DNA of 64,000 nt from Candidatus Marinamargulisbacteria bacterium. GTDB lineage: Bacteria > Margulisbacteria > Marinamargulisbacteria > UBA817. A program made the translations under genes and the position numbers. The notes under the pieces are model-generated. The model was not told the DNA's origin. It searched no databases and worked only from the letters and a program-made list of their open reading frames with translations. The stretch is from assembly GCA_049889215.1 (NCBI GenBank), contig JBMHDV010000004.1, positions 30,828-94,827 of the forward strand, written 5' to 3'. Positions 36,891 through 45,449 of the stretch are shown here, piece by piece. Every line of letters begins with the position of its first letter. The stretch's first letter is position 1.

Positions 36891-38259
36891 ATAATTTATT
36901 AAACCAATCTTCCCATGGCTGGTAAAGAGAATAGCAGCTGAGCGGATCCAGAGACGGAATCAACCGTTGTTGAACTTTAAATAATTTCTGTTGCTCTGAG
37001 AGTGAAAAAAATTCACCCAAATGAGATAAAGCATGAATATGAACCATGTCCAACCAATGGGGAATTTTAAACTCAACACCGTTTAATTGACACAAATCAA
37101 TGCACGTTTGCAATGTATTGGACTCCCATTCACTACTAGAAAATATCAAGGTTTTAATGTGGCCATTGGCCGTCAACGGCTCATATTTTGCAATAACATA
37201 TTTTATTAAAAATAAGTGCAGAATCACACCCAACTTAAGAATCGATTCTGTTGAGAATGTATTCATATTCATTAAATGATAGGTTTGAGAATAAAATGAT
37301 CGAAATGGGTCAATCGGAATGAGTTGCTCTTTTTGCACGTCACTTATATGGATTGGTGGTGGTTGATGTTGATCAGAAAAGCAAAAGGCTTTCTGCAAAG
37401 ACTGCAATCCTGCAAATCGAATCCACACATCAGACGCATCACCCAATCGAATTAAGCGATTTAAATACAAGTGATTAATCCCAGATAAATGAACACAAGC
37501 CATAGGGTCTGTGCCAAACGCATCCATCATTCCAAACAATAAATCGTTGGTTGATGTCGAGTAATTAATGGGAATGTCATCTGGCAATGGGGAAAATCGT
37601 AACGATTTGGCATCGGACAATGGGGCTAAGGATGGCAAAAAATCAGGTAAGATACCAATGCATTTAAGCAATGCTGCATCCCAATCGCCACCAGGGCCAA
37701 TTAATTCACCCATCATACCAGCATTTGTGACCAATGCCTGATCATTGTAGCCAGATAAAATGAAGCTTACCCAAGTATCCACTGAAGATAAAATTCGGCC
37801 CTCTGAAAATGCGCCACCCCCTTGCTTGCAAATGGCCCAAATATTTAGTGCGAGATTTGGGGAAAATAATGACGTGTTTGATTGCCCACCCAACAACATC
37901 TGATAAAACTCAGAAAACTTAAATTCTTGATAGGTTAAGTCCTTTAGATCATTATTTGGTAGATACAAACGGGTCACTGGTTTGCAGCGTCGAATATCCC
38001 AAACCATGGCATAGCCTGGCATCGCAGAAACACCGATGTTTGTAATCGTTACATCTACAACTGTAAGGCACTGTTGAATACCTGTACGAATAAAATAAAT
38101 CAATTCAAAAGGATCCACATGCCGCAATCCCAATTCATCTGATTCAACCGCCAATTCAAACGACTGTGTGGACAAGGTCGTCATGGATTTAGAAATAAGG
38201 GATAACCGAACATGATTATCCCAAATTGAAATGGTTAGTACAGCTGATTTTTTAGCCAT
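36874..38259 (-). CDS. Divergent FGGY-family (glycerol-kinase-like) ASKHA-fold protein, probably catalytically altered
   Basis: SSVDTWVSFILSGYNDQALVTNAGMMGELIGPGGDWDAALLKCIGILPDFLPSL parallels GlpK FGTVDTWLIWKMT..HVTDYTNASRTML..DWD..ML..L.IP..LPEV. The N-terminal DxGTTxxR phosphate motif is replaced by SIWDNHVR. Confidence 0.45.
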   Translation of the reverse strand: MAKKSAVLTISIWDNHVRLSLISKSMTTLSTQSFELAVESDELGLRHVDPFELIYFIRTGIQQCLTVVDVTITNIGVSAMPGYAMVWDIRRCKPVTRLYLPNNDLKDLTYQEFKFSEFYQMLLGGQSNTSLFSPNLALNIWAICKQGGGAFSEGRILSSVDTWVSFILSGYNDQALVTNAGMMGELIGPGGDWDAALLKCIGILPDFLPSLAPLSDAKSLRFSPLPDDIPINYSTSTNDLLFGMMDAFGTDPMACVHLSGINHLYLNRLIRLGDASDVWIRFAGLQSLQKAFCFSDQHQPPPIHISDVQKEQLIPIDPFRSFYSQTYHLMNMNTFSTESILKLGVILHLFLIKYVIAKYEPLTANGHIKTLIFSSSEWESNTLQTCIDLCQLNGVEFKIPHWLDMVHIHALSHLGEFFSLSEQQKLFKVQQRLIPSLDPLSCYSLYQPWEDWFNKLYDSRA

Positions 38260-40039
38260 TGGGCTGATGAATCAGTGCTTTTAACTCATCACACACTGAT
38301 TGAATAAGAGCAATACTTCGTTGCCAAAACTCAGGGGCTAAAATATCAATACCTTCGGCCGCTAATATATCCACCGGAGACTGCGAAGAGCCCTTGGATA
38401 AAATTCGCTTTAGCTTTGGAATCATGGCTTGACCTTCATCCAAATACAACTGATACAACCCAAATACCAATAAGTTACCAAAATTATACGAATACACATA
38501 AAAAGGAACATCCAACATATGTGGAATCGTCGACCATTCCCAATGGTACTCCTCGGGTATTTTGACTGAGTCACCAAACATCAGGTTTAATTCTTTGGCA
38601 TAAATATCCGATAATTCATTGCCAGACAACCGGCCCGCTGTGATTTTTTCATGCACCTGTTGCTCAAATCGAGAAAACATATTCTGGCGATGTGATGTTG
38701 CAAAAATATCTTCCAACTGATTGGTCAATAAGCTGATTTTTTGCTCTCTTGTTGTCGCCTTTTTCTTTAATGCATCGATGACCAACATTTCACAAAACAC
38801 AGATGCTGTTTCACACACGGGTAAAATGGCATGATAATTAATTAATGGCTGACCAGCCGAATAGTACGCATGAATAGCATGCCCAAGCTCATGCGCTAAG
38901 GTGGACACATCACGCTGCTTACCTAAATAGTTCAACATGACATATGGTCGAACATCTGGACTGGAACTGGAACAAAATGCGCCACCTCGTTTAACTTTGG
39001 ATGGAAACACATCCAAACGATTTGAATCAAACATATCCTTTGCAAACTCATAAAATTCAGAATCAAATTGCTGAAAGCTGTCCAACACCAATGCTTTCGC
39101 ATCTGCCCACTCTACTTTGGTTTGATCTGTTGCTACTGGGGCATAGATATCAGCCAATGTAATCTCATCCAAACCAAGCAGCGACTTCTTTAATTGGTAG
39201 TACTCCTGAACAATGGTATTGGAATCTGTCGTTACATCATGAAGCAACTGAACCAAATCATTGGGTAGATCATTGTGGGTGTTCATTATATCCATCGGAC
39301 GTTCATAACCACGCTGTTGGCGCTCCATGTTATAGTCTTTAATAATTGCGTTAAACAACTGAACCATAATGTGTTGATCACCCGAATACGTTGTAAAAAA
39401 CAATGCCATTGCCTTACGACGGACCTCTGGATCTGAATGATACCGAAGGGCGCGACATTCCGACCCATTCATTACCTTTTCTTCACCATCAACCATCATT
39501 TTAAACTCATATTGAGCCGTATGCTCGGCATACAATTTTCGTAAAGCATCACAGCCATTTAAATCCTTAATGTTAATCAGCTGTTCCTCAGTTTCAGTTA
39601 ACCGAAACTTATTCTTCTTTACCGCTTGCGTTAATGTATAAGCATATGGCGTATTTTTTTCATCAGCCAACCACTCATCCAATTTGGGTTGATTCACCTG
39701 CCCAATTTCTAAAAAGAAAAATAGCAACTCATTTCCCATGAGCGATATAAATTCATCCAACTTAGCAACAAACCCTAAAATTTGATCATCTTTTAAATCA
39801 ACGGCATAATTTAAATGCGCAAACTGGCTCAATTTATACATGCGAGCCCGAAGGTCATCATAGGCCACAAGAGCATCAAAAACACCCGATGAATCCAACG
39901 TAGCAATGGTTCCTTTATAGGTTGCAGAAAATGCCATCACATCCTGCTTAATTTGATCCAAAATCGGTTGAGTTTCATCAATCGAAAGGGTTGAATGCAA
40001 CTCCGTTAAATCCCAATTAATTTCAGCTGTTTTTTGCAT
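38252..40039 (-). CDS. pepF: Oligoendopeptidase F (M3B family)
   Basis: HELGHAIH zinc motif, a length of ~595 aa and the typical PepF layout. Confidence 0.9.
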   Translation of the reverse strand: MQKTAEINWDLTELHSTLSIDETQPILDQIKQDVMAFSATYKGTIATLDSSGVFDALVAYDDLRARMYKLSQFAHLNYAVDLKDDQILGFVAKLDEFISLMGNELLFFFLEIGQVNQPKLDEWLADEKNTPYAYTLTQAVKKNKFRLTETEEQLINIKDLNGCDALRKLYAEHTAQYEFKMMVDGEEKVMNGSECRALRYHSDPEVRRKAMALFFTTYSGDQHIMVQLFNAIIKDYNMERQQRGYERPMDIMNTHNDLPNDLVQLLHDVTTDSNTIVQEYYQLKKSLLGLDEITLADIYAPVATDQTKVEWADAKALVLDSFQQFDSEFYEFAKDMFDSNRLDVFPSKVKRGGAFCSSSSPDVRPYVMLNYLGKQRDVSTLAHELGHAIHAYYSAGQPLINYHAILPVCETASVFCEMLVIDALKKKATTREQKISLLTNQLEDIFATSHRQNMFSRFEQQVHEKITAGRLSGNELSDIYAKELNLMFGDSVKIPEEYHWEWSTIPHMLDVPFYVYSYNFGNLLVFGLYQLYLDEGQAMIPKLKRILSKGSSQSPVDILAAEGIDILAPEFWQRSIALIQSVCDELKALIHQPNG

Positions 40040-40048
40040 ACATCCTCC

Positions 40049-41476
40049 TTAAATTACAAATCGACGTGGGGTTTCAAGTCGTGGCTTCCGAGGAAACCCA
40101 GGGTCTTGCATTACCCATTGATCCTTATGTTCAGTATAATCATGAAAATCACGACTTTCCAAATCCACCATTGTTTTTTTAATCACCCAACGACCTTTGG
40201 CCTCATCAAATGTTAACAATGCCCCCAAAGGCAACCCACACGGTTGCACAGAATCATCCTGAAAAAAACACGTTGCCATGACACCAGTGGTGCCCGCAAG
40301 AACCAGCTCATACGCCGTCTTCCCTAATAATCGAGAATACGCCGAATCAAATTCAGTTGGCGCATTCGAGCGACCTTCGTACCCAAAAAAGTGAGATAAA
40401 ATTGGAATGGTTATCCCCTCGTCTTGTAAACGTGCAGACAAACATTGCTTTAAAATTACCTCGAAAGGCATCAGCGACAAATTTTTATTCCCATGGGCAT
40501 CCTCAGCAACGGCCTCTTGAAACCCAACATCACAATGCAGTGATTTCAAATAATCCGATAAGGGTCCCAAATCGCCATTTAAAAAGGCCTTCATTTCTGG
40601 AATCACTTCAGCCAATCCTTCAGGAAACACCAACACACCATACGATTTTTTGGCTGCGACACGTACCTTCATCACAGATACAAAATAATCAATAACGTCG
40701 GCAAGCCCCCAGCCCTGACTAACCACTTCTTCTGCCAACAAACAACCGTGCGGCTCAACCTGATGGGCCACTTCCAAGGCCACATGAGAGGCACTTCGGC
40801 CCATTAACTTCACCAAGTGAATGTATTTTTTTGTTGCACACGCATCAACTTGAAGCGCATTGACTAAAGATGCGTAGTGCTGCGACGCAGAATGAAACCC
40901 AAACGTAACGGCCAAGAATGGGTACCACTGCAAATCGCCATCAATGGTTTTGGGCACACCGATGATTTGGCATTTATCCTTAATTGCCCGGGCTAAATAA
41001 GCAGCATTGGTATTCGAATCATCCCCGCCCACCACAATCAAGGCATCCAAATCCACGTCGCGAAGCACCGCAGCCACTTGATCGAGTTGGTCTTCCGTTG
41101 TTATTTTCGTCCGATCAGTCCCCAAATAATCAAACCCAGCACTTCCACGAAGAAACTCTTTATCCTGTCGATCAACCAAAAAATGCTGACCGTTTAATAA
41201 ACCACCAAAACCACCAATAAACCCCACCAACTGGTCGTTTGGCCGTAACCATTCTAAAATACCAGTTAATACATCGTGCCCACCTGGCGCTGGACCACCT
41301 GAAAATACAATCCCTACTCTTCGTGACTGAACCTCACCTTCAGCGATATTGGGTTGCCACAATTGAGCTGACAAAGCAGCAAATTCATCTGGAACTGATA
41401 GCCCCTCATAGTCAATGCCACGATACCCCACCAGTGGTAAAATAAATTGCTGGTCCAGCTGAGTTATTAAGTTCAT
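40049..41476 (-). CDS. pfp: Diphosphate--fructose-6-phosphate 1-phosphotransferase (PPi-dependent PFK type)
   Basis: GIVFSGGPAPGGHDV, GGDDSNTNAA and VPKTIDGDL. The Asp in GGDDS and the Lys in PKTIDGD are the residues that distinguish PPi-PFKs from ATP-PFKs (GGDGS / PGTIDND). Confidence 0.85.
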   Translation of the reverse strand: MNLITQLDQQFILPLVGYRGIDYEGLSVPDEFAALSAQLWQPNIAEGEVQSRRVGIVFSGGPAPGGHDVLTGILEWLRPNDQLVGFIGGFGGLLNGQHFLVDRQDKEFLRGSAGFDYLGTDRTKITTEDQLDQVAAVLRDVDLDALIVVGGDDSNTNAAYLARAIKDKCQIIGVPKTIDGDLQWYPFLAVTFGFHSASQHYASLVNALQVDACATKKYIHLVKLMGRSASHVALEVAHQVEPHGCLLAEEVVSQGWGLADVIDYFVSVMKVRVAAKKSYGVLVFPEGLAEVIPEMKAFLNGDLGPLSDYLKSLHCDVGFQEAVAEDAHGNKNLSLMPFEVILKQCLSARLQDEGITIPILSHFFGYEGRSNAPTEFDSAYSRLLGKTAYELVLAGTTGVMATCFFQDDSVQPCGLPLGALLTFDEAKGRWVIKKTMVDLESRDFHDYTEHKDQWVMQDPGFPRKPRLETPRRFVI

Positions 41477-42900
41477 TTTTTTAATAGAAACGCCAGTAGT
41501 GCTCGTGTTCCTGCACCAGTCATTCCTTTTACATGTTCGCCCTTATTTGAACTAACTGACATGGTCGATGCAATATCCAAATGCGCCCACGGGGTATCCC
41601 CAACAAATTGCTCCAAAAATTTCGCAGCCGTGATGGTTCCCGCCTCACGCCCTTCGTTGGCATTTAAAATATCCGCCACATCTGATTTTAATAAGTCTTT
41701 ATACTCATCAAAAAGAGGCAACTGCCACAACGGCTCATTCATATCATTCCCTGCTGAAATCAAATCATCAACAACCGCCTGATTATTACCAAGCACTGAC
41801 ACCGCATATGGCCCCAAGGCAATGACACTTGCCCCGGTCAAAGTGGCGATATCAACCACTTTCTTCACCTTCTTTTTACAAGCATATACCAAGGCATCCG
41901 CCAAAATAAGACGGCCTTCTGCATCGGTATTGGTAATTTCAATGCTAGTACCATTGCTTGCTACCACAACATCACCCGGACGCTGGGCATCTTTTCCAAC
42001 CATATTTTCGACAATTGGAACAATGAACGATACCTTACGTTTAATATTTAACTGACCGGCTCCCCAAGCCGCCGCTACCACGGCTGCAGCACCGCCCATA
42101 TCCCCTTTCATTTCTTTCATTCGGCCGGATGGCTTAATTGAAATGCCACCGGTATCAAACATAACGCCTTTGCCAACCAATGCCACATGGTCACCAGCAC
42201 CGCCATTGTACTCAATATCAACTAAATACGATGGGTACTTAGACCCTTGCCCAACCCCCAACAACGCATGCATCTTCTTCTTTTTCATTTCAGACTCATT
42301 TAAAATGGTCACCTTGTAGCGTTTATCACCCTTAAACAAGGCTTTTATGTCTTTGACAAACACCTCTGTGGTTAGTAGATTTGCTGGCATATTTGCAAAC
42401 GAGCGTGCTTTATTTACCGCAGAACCAACCGCTTCACCATCCAAAACCGACTGCTTTTTTGCGCCAATAATCGCATGGTTTACGTCAACTGCGGGATCAT
42501 CTTTAGTCGATTTAGAATGAGGTACTTTATACGTCACCATTTGAATCACTTGCGCAATGTGATGCTCAAAATTGGGCACATCAGCAGCCACCACCCACTG
42601 CACGCTGGGCTGGTGTTGCAATGATCGAGTAGCACTCGCCACCAATGAACGAAATCGTTTAATGGTCGTATCTTGTGCCTTTCCTAGATTTGCCAACACC
42701 ACATAATCAGAACTAGCAGATGGAGTTAACTGCACCAAACGAGTGCTATTTTCTTTGGATTTTTTAGCTTTTTTATAATCATTGATTAAGTCAACCAAAT
42801 GAGCGGGCAATGCGGCGTTTAGTTGAGCCGCCGATGCATCATCTTGAAAAAATACAACGATGCTTCCCTTGGATTTAAGTTTACTTGCTGTTGAAATCAT
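41473..42900 (-). CDS. pepA: Leucyl aminopeptidase (M17)
   Basis: VGKGVMFDTGGISIKP and NTDAEGRLILADAL signatures. Confidence 0.92.
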   Translation of the reverse strand: MISTASKLKSKGSIVVFFQDDASAAQLNAALPAHLVDLINDYKKAKKSKENSTRLVQLTPSASSDYVVLANLGKAQDTTIKRFRSLVASATRSLQHQPSVQWVVAADVPNFEHHIAQVIQMVTYKVPHSKSTKDDPAVDVNHAIIGAKKQSVLDGEAVGSAVNKARSFANMPANLLTTEVFVKDIKALFKGDKRYKVTILNESEMKKKKMHALLGVGQGSKYPSYLVDIEYNGGAGDHVALVGKGVMFDTGGISIKPSGRMKEMKGDMGGAAAVVAAAWGAGQLNIKRKVSFIVPIVENMVGKDAQRPGDVVVASNGTSIEITNTDAEGRLILADALVYACKKKVKKVVDIATLTGASVIALGPYAVSVLGNNQAVVDDLISAGNDMNEPLWQLPLFDEYKDLLKSDVADILNANEGREAGTITAAKFLEQFVGDTPWAHLDIASTMSVSSNKGEHVKGMTGAGTRALLAFLLKK

Positions 42901-43502
42901 GATTCCTCCTTAAATTTAAATGTCGCTCTAAAATGAGAGCGTTGATCAATTACAGAAAATTGCGACCAATGGGTCTGATAGTCCGTTAACCAAAATGGGT
43001 GATTTGCTAGATACAGTTTATCATCTTCAGCCAATAAAACCTGCATAATATCGTCATACAGTTCCAACACATCGGTTGAAATATACACAACACCGTCAGG
43101 TGCCATCTTGGTTTTAATCAATTGAATAAGTTCAGTATTAATCACACGTCGCTTATGGTGACGCTTTTTAAACCAAGGGTCTGGATGAAAAATAAACACG
43201 GATTGCAACGATTGATTTGGAATCACGTCCTCTAAACAAATCTGTCCTGCGCCCCAAATTGGAACGCAATTTGGCAGATCATGATTGGCGTTAAATACAA
43301 CCACCGCTTGTTTACGCACTTCAACACCAATCACCAAATCATTGGGGTGACGTTCAGCATACTGACTTAAAAAACGGCCCTTGCCAAAGCCAATCTCTAA
43401 ATGAACCCGATTGTATTGCGTCATGCCAGCTGTAATATCAACATCCGTTAAGCGCTGACGAATATTTAATGGGTTGGTATGGGTTCTTATTCGTTTTTTC
43501 AT
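42897..43502 (-). CDS. trmB: tRNA (guanine-N7)-methyltransferase
   Basis: LEIGFGKGRFL, IGVEV and HPDPWFKKRHHKRR motifs. Confidence 0.9.
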   Translation of the reverse strand: MKKRIRTHTNPLNIRQRLTDVDITAGMTQYNRVHLEIGFGKGRFLSQYAERHPNDLVIGVEVRKQAVVVFNANHDLPNCVPIWGAGQICLEDVIPNQSLQSVFIFHPDPWFKKRHHKRRVINTELIQLIKTKMAPDGVVYISTDVLELYDDIMQVLLAEDDKLYLANHPFWLTDYQTHWSQFSVIDQRSHFRATFKFKEES

Positions 43503-43617
43503 CTAGTTATAATTTTAGCCACAGCCCATCGAAAAAACCAAATACATTAGCCACAATTTTATATTTCACCAAAAAAGTTCAATGTTTAAATCCAATGGTT
43601 TATGCTAATTAATAAGT

Positions 43618-43872
43618 ATGGATATAAAAGGCCCGAATCAACCAAACAAAAAACAAGGTAACATTAAACAAACCAGCGATGTGGATGGCATTACGCTTAC
43701 CCATTTGGGACAATCCATTGATGTTGACCCCAAAGAAATTAAAGAAGCATGCGCCCAAGCAGCGCGACAAGCCTATGATTTAGGCGAAACCAATGACGAA
43801 GAGTCTTACCGTGAAGAAATGGAAGAAGTTCTAACCGAAGTTTTACGTCAAAAATCCGGTAAAAAAAAGTAA
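43618..43872 (+). CDS. Hypothetical small acidic protein (84 aa)
   Basis: ORF only. No family recognised. Confidence 0.4.
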   Translation: MDIKGPNQPNKKQGNIKQTSDVDGITLTHLGQSIDVDPKEIKEACAQAARQAYDLGETNDEESYREEMEEVLTEVLRQKSGKKK

Positions 43873-43882
43873 ACAATTGTTT

Positions 43883-44059
43883 TCATGTCGGAAAAACTTT
43901 ATTTAATTCATTCTCTAACCCGTCCACTTCCTTTTTAAGAGCTTCAGTATCAGGCCCGTTGCTAATGTTGAGTTTTTTATCTACAGCCCCTGAACTGCTT
44001 GTTGGGTTCCTTGAAACCTTACCCGTGTGGCCAGCACCTCCTATATTTAAATTACCCAT
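43883..44059 (-). CDS. Unlisted small ORF (58 aa): Gly-rich N-terminus plus a short coiled-coil-like tail
   Basis: Below the ORF-track cutoff. Hand translation gives MGNLNIGGAGHTGKVSRNPTSSSGAVDKKLNISNGPDTEALKKEVDGLENELNKVFPT. A perfect GGAGG Shine-Dalgarno overlaps the stop of the upstream gene (TAGGAGGAAGTATTATG). Confidence 0.45.
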   Translation of the reverse strand: MGNLNIGGAGHTGKVSRNPTSSSGAVDKKLNISNGPDTEALKKEVDGLENELNKVFPT

Positions 44060-44070
44060 AATACTTCCTC

Positions 44071-44592
44071 CTACAAATATTTTTCGACCTGCGAATAGAT
44101 CACCCTATCATTCACCATTTTAGCGGTTAGTTTTGAATTGTATGTGATTAAAAACTGACTGGGTGTACTTAACATATCTTGAAACAAACCCAAGCATAAA
44201 CTAAAAAACCCCTTATATGATGCCTCTTTAAGCCCCACAAATGCGTTACTTGGAAACACGGCCATCTCCAAGCGCAAGCGGTCTTTAATCAGACGGAATT
44301 TAAATATTTTCTTACCATTCCGCAACACGTACAACACCTGTTTGGTCATTGCAATGTAGATATTTTCATGCAGCCCACCCTTTTTGGGTTGAATAATTAA
44401 ATAGTCACCAGCCAATTGATTATCTTTCTTCACTTTTTTAATTAAATATGACTGAAAGCGAAAAAAACGCTTTAAAAACTTAAGTTGATTATCATTCAAT
44501 TGAATGGACGATTTATTCGGATCGTTATTTTTTGATTCTAACAAATGCGTCCGAGCCGAAATATCATTCATATCCACACTAAATAGACCCAT
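44071..44592 (-). CDS. Hypothetical protein (173 aa)
   Basis: ORF only. Basic and Lys-rich, with no family recognised. Confidence 0.45.
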   Translation of the reverse strand: MGLFSVDMNDISARTHLLESKNNDPNKSSIQLNDNQLKFLKRFFRFQSYLIKKVKKDNQLAGDYLIIQPKKGGLHENIYIAMTKQVLYVLRNGKKIFKFRLIKDRLRLEMAVFPSNAFVGLKEASYKGFFSLCLGLFQDMLSTPSQFLITYNSKLTAKMVNDRVIYSQVEKYL

Positions 44593-44627
44593 AAGTAGAT
44601 ATTCCCTATTTTTAATGAATCAAAACG

Positions 44628-45449
44628 TTAATTTTGACAGTTTGAGCAAAAATGTGTGGTTTGGGCCGCTGCCTTATGCCGTACCTTTGTGACAACACCA
44701 CCACATGTTAGACAATGCGATCGATTAAACACCTTAAACCAATCATACCGCGGTGTTTTAGTCACATGTTGAATAACAGCTTGAGTGCCATTATACAATC
44801 GCCGCCATTGCTGATCAGTTAAATCGTTTAACCGAATCAAAGGAAACAACCCTGAATAAGCCAAAATTTCACAAGCCAAATAATTACCAATGCCAGATGG
44901 CCAAGTCGCCTGATTCAATAACCAATCCTTTAGAACAACGGTTGACCCTTTTGTGTGTGATCGCCAATCATGCAAGGTTATATTTGCCAGTGCACCTATA
45001 TCTGGAGGCAATGAATTAATCGCATCAATATCATCAAAAGGCACCCCCTTCACCAAACGCATATGAGACAAACAGCGTGTGTCAAAAAAGTTCATTTTCA
45101 GCTGATCAAACTCCCAAAAGAAGCGACAATGTTGGGGCTGTTGCGTTGAAATTGGCAATGAAAATATGGTGTGCAAACGGTTATTATATGGAATGCCTTC
45201 CAGATGAGGAATCCCAGTAAATCGATAATGCAACACCACCGTTATTGTGTCAAATTCAAAACCGGTGGTTTTGGCCTTAACACGAATTTGGTTCAAACGC
45301 TGACCACGCAACTGGTGCCAATCCAGCGCAGGAGTTTTCAATATTCGCTCACCTTGATTCATAAAACCATGGTCAACCAACCGTTGCCCCACCAAACCAT
45401 GATCAATCAAATAGTCAGCCATGCGCCGTACCTCAAAGTGCTCTGGCAT
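44628..45449 (-). CDS. Fpg/Nei family DNA glycosylase / AP lyase
   Basis: N-terminal MPEHFEVRR (catalytic Pro2/Glu3, compare MPEGPEIRR of Nei). H2TH region GIGNYLACEILAY. C-terminal zinc finger C.TCGG..x..FCSNCQ. Confidence 0.8.
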   Translation of the reverse strand: MPEHFEVRRMADYLIDHGLVGQRLVDHGFMNQGERILKTPALDWHQLRGQRLNQIRVKAKTTGFEFDTITVVLHYRFTGIPHLEGIPYNNRLHTIFSLPISTQQPQHCRFFWEFDQLKMNFFDTRCLSHMRLVKGVPFDDIDAINSLPPDIGALANITLHDWRSHTKGSTVVLKDWLLNQATWPSGIGNYLACEILAYSGLFPLIRLNDLTDQQWRRLYNGTQAVIQHVTKTPRYDWFKVFNRSHCLTCGGVVTKVRHKAAAQTTHFCSNCQN

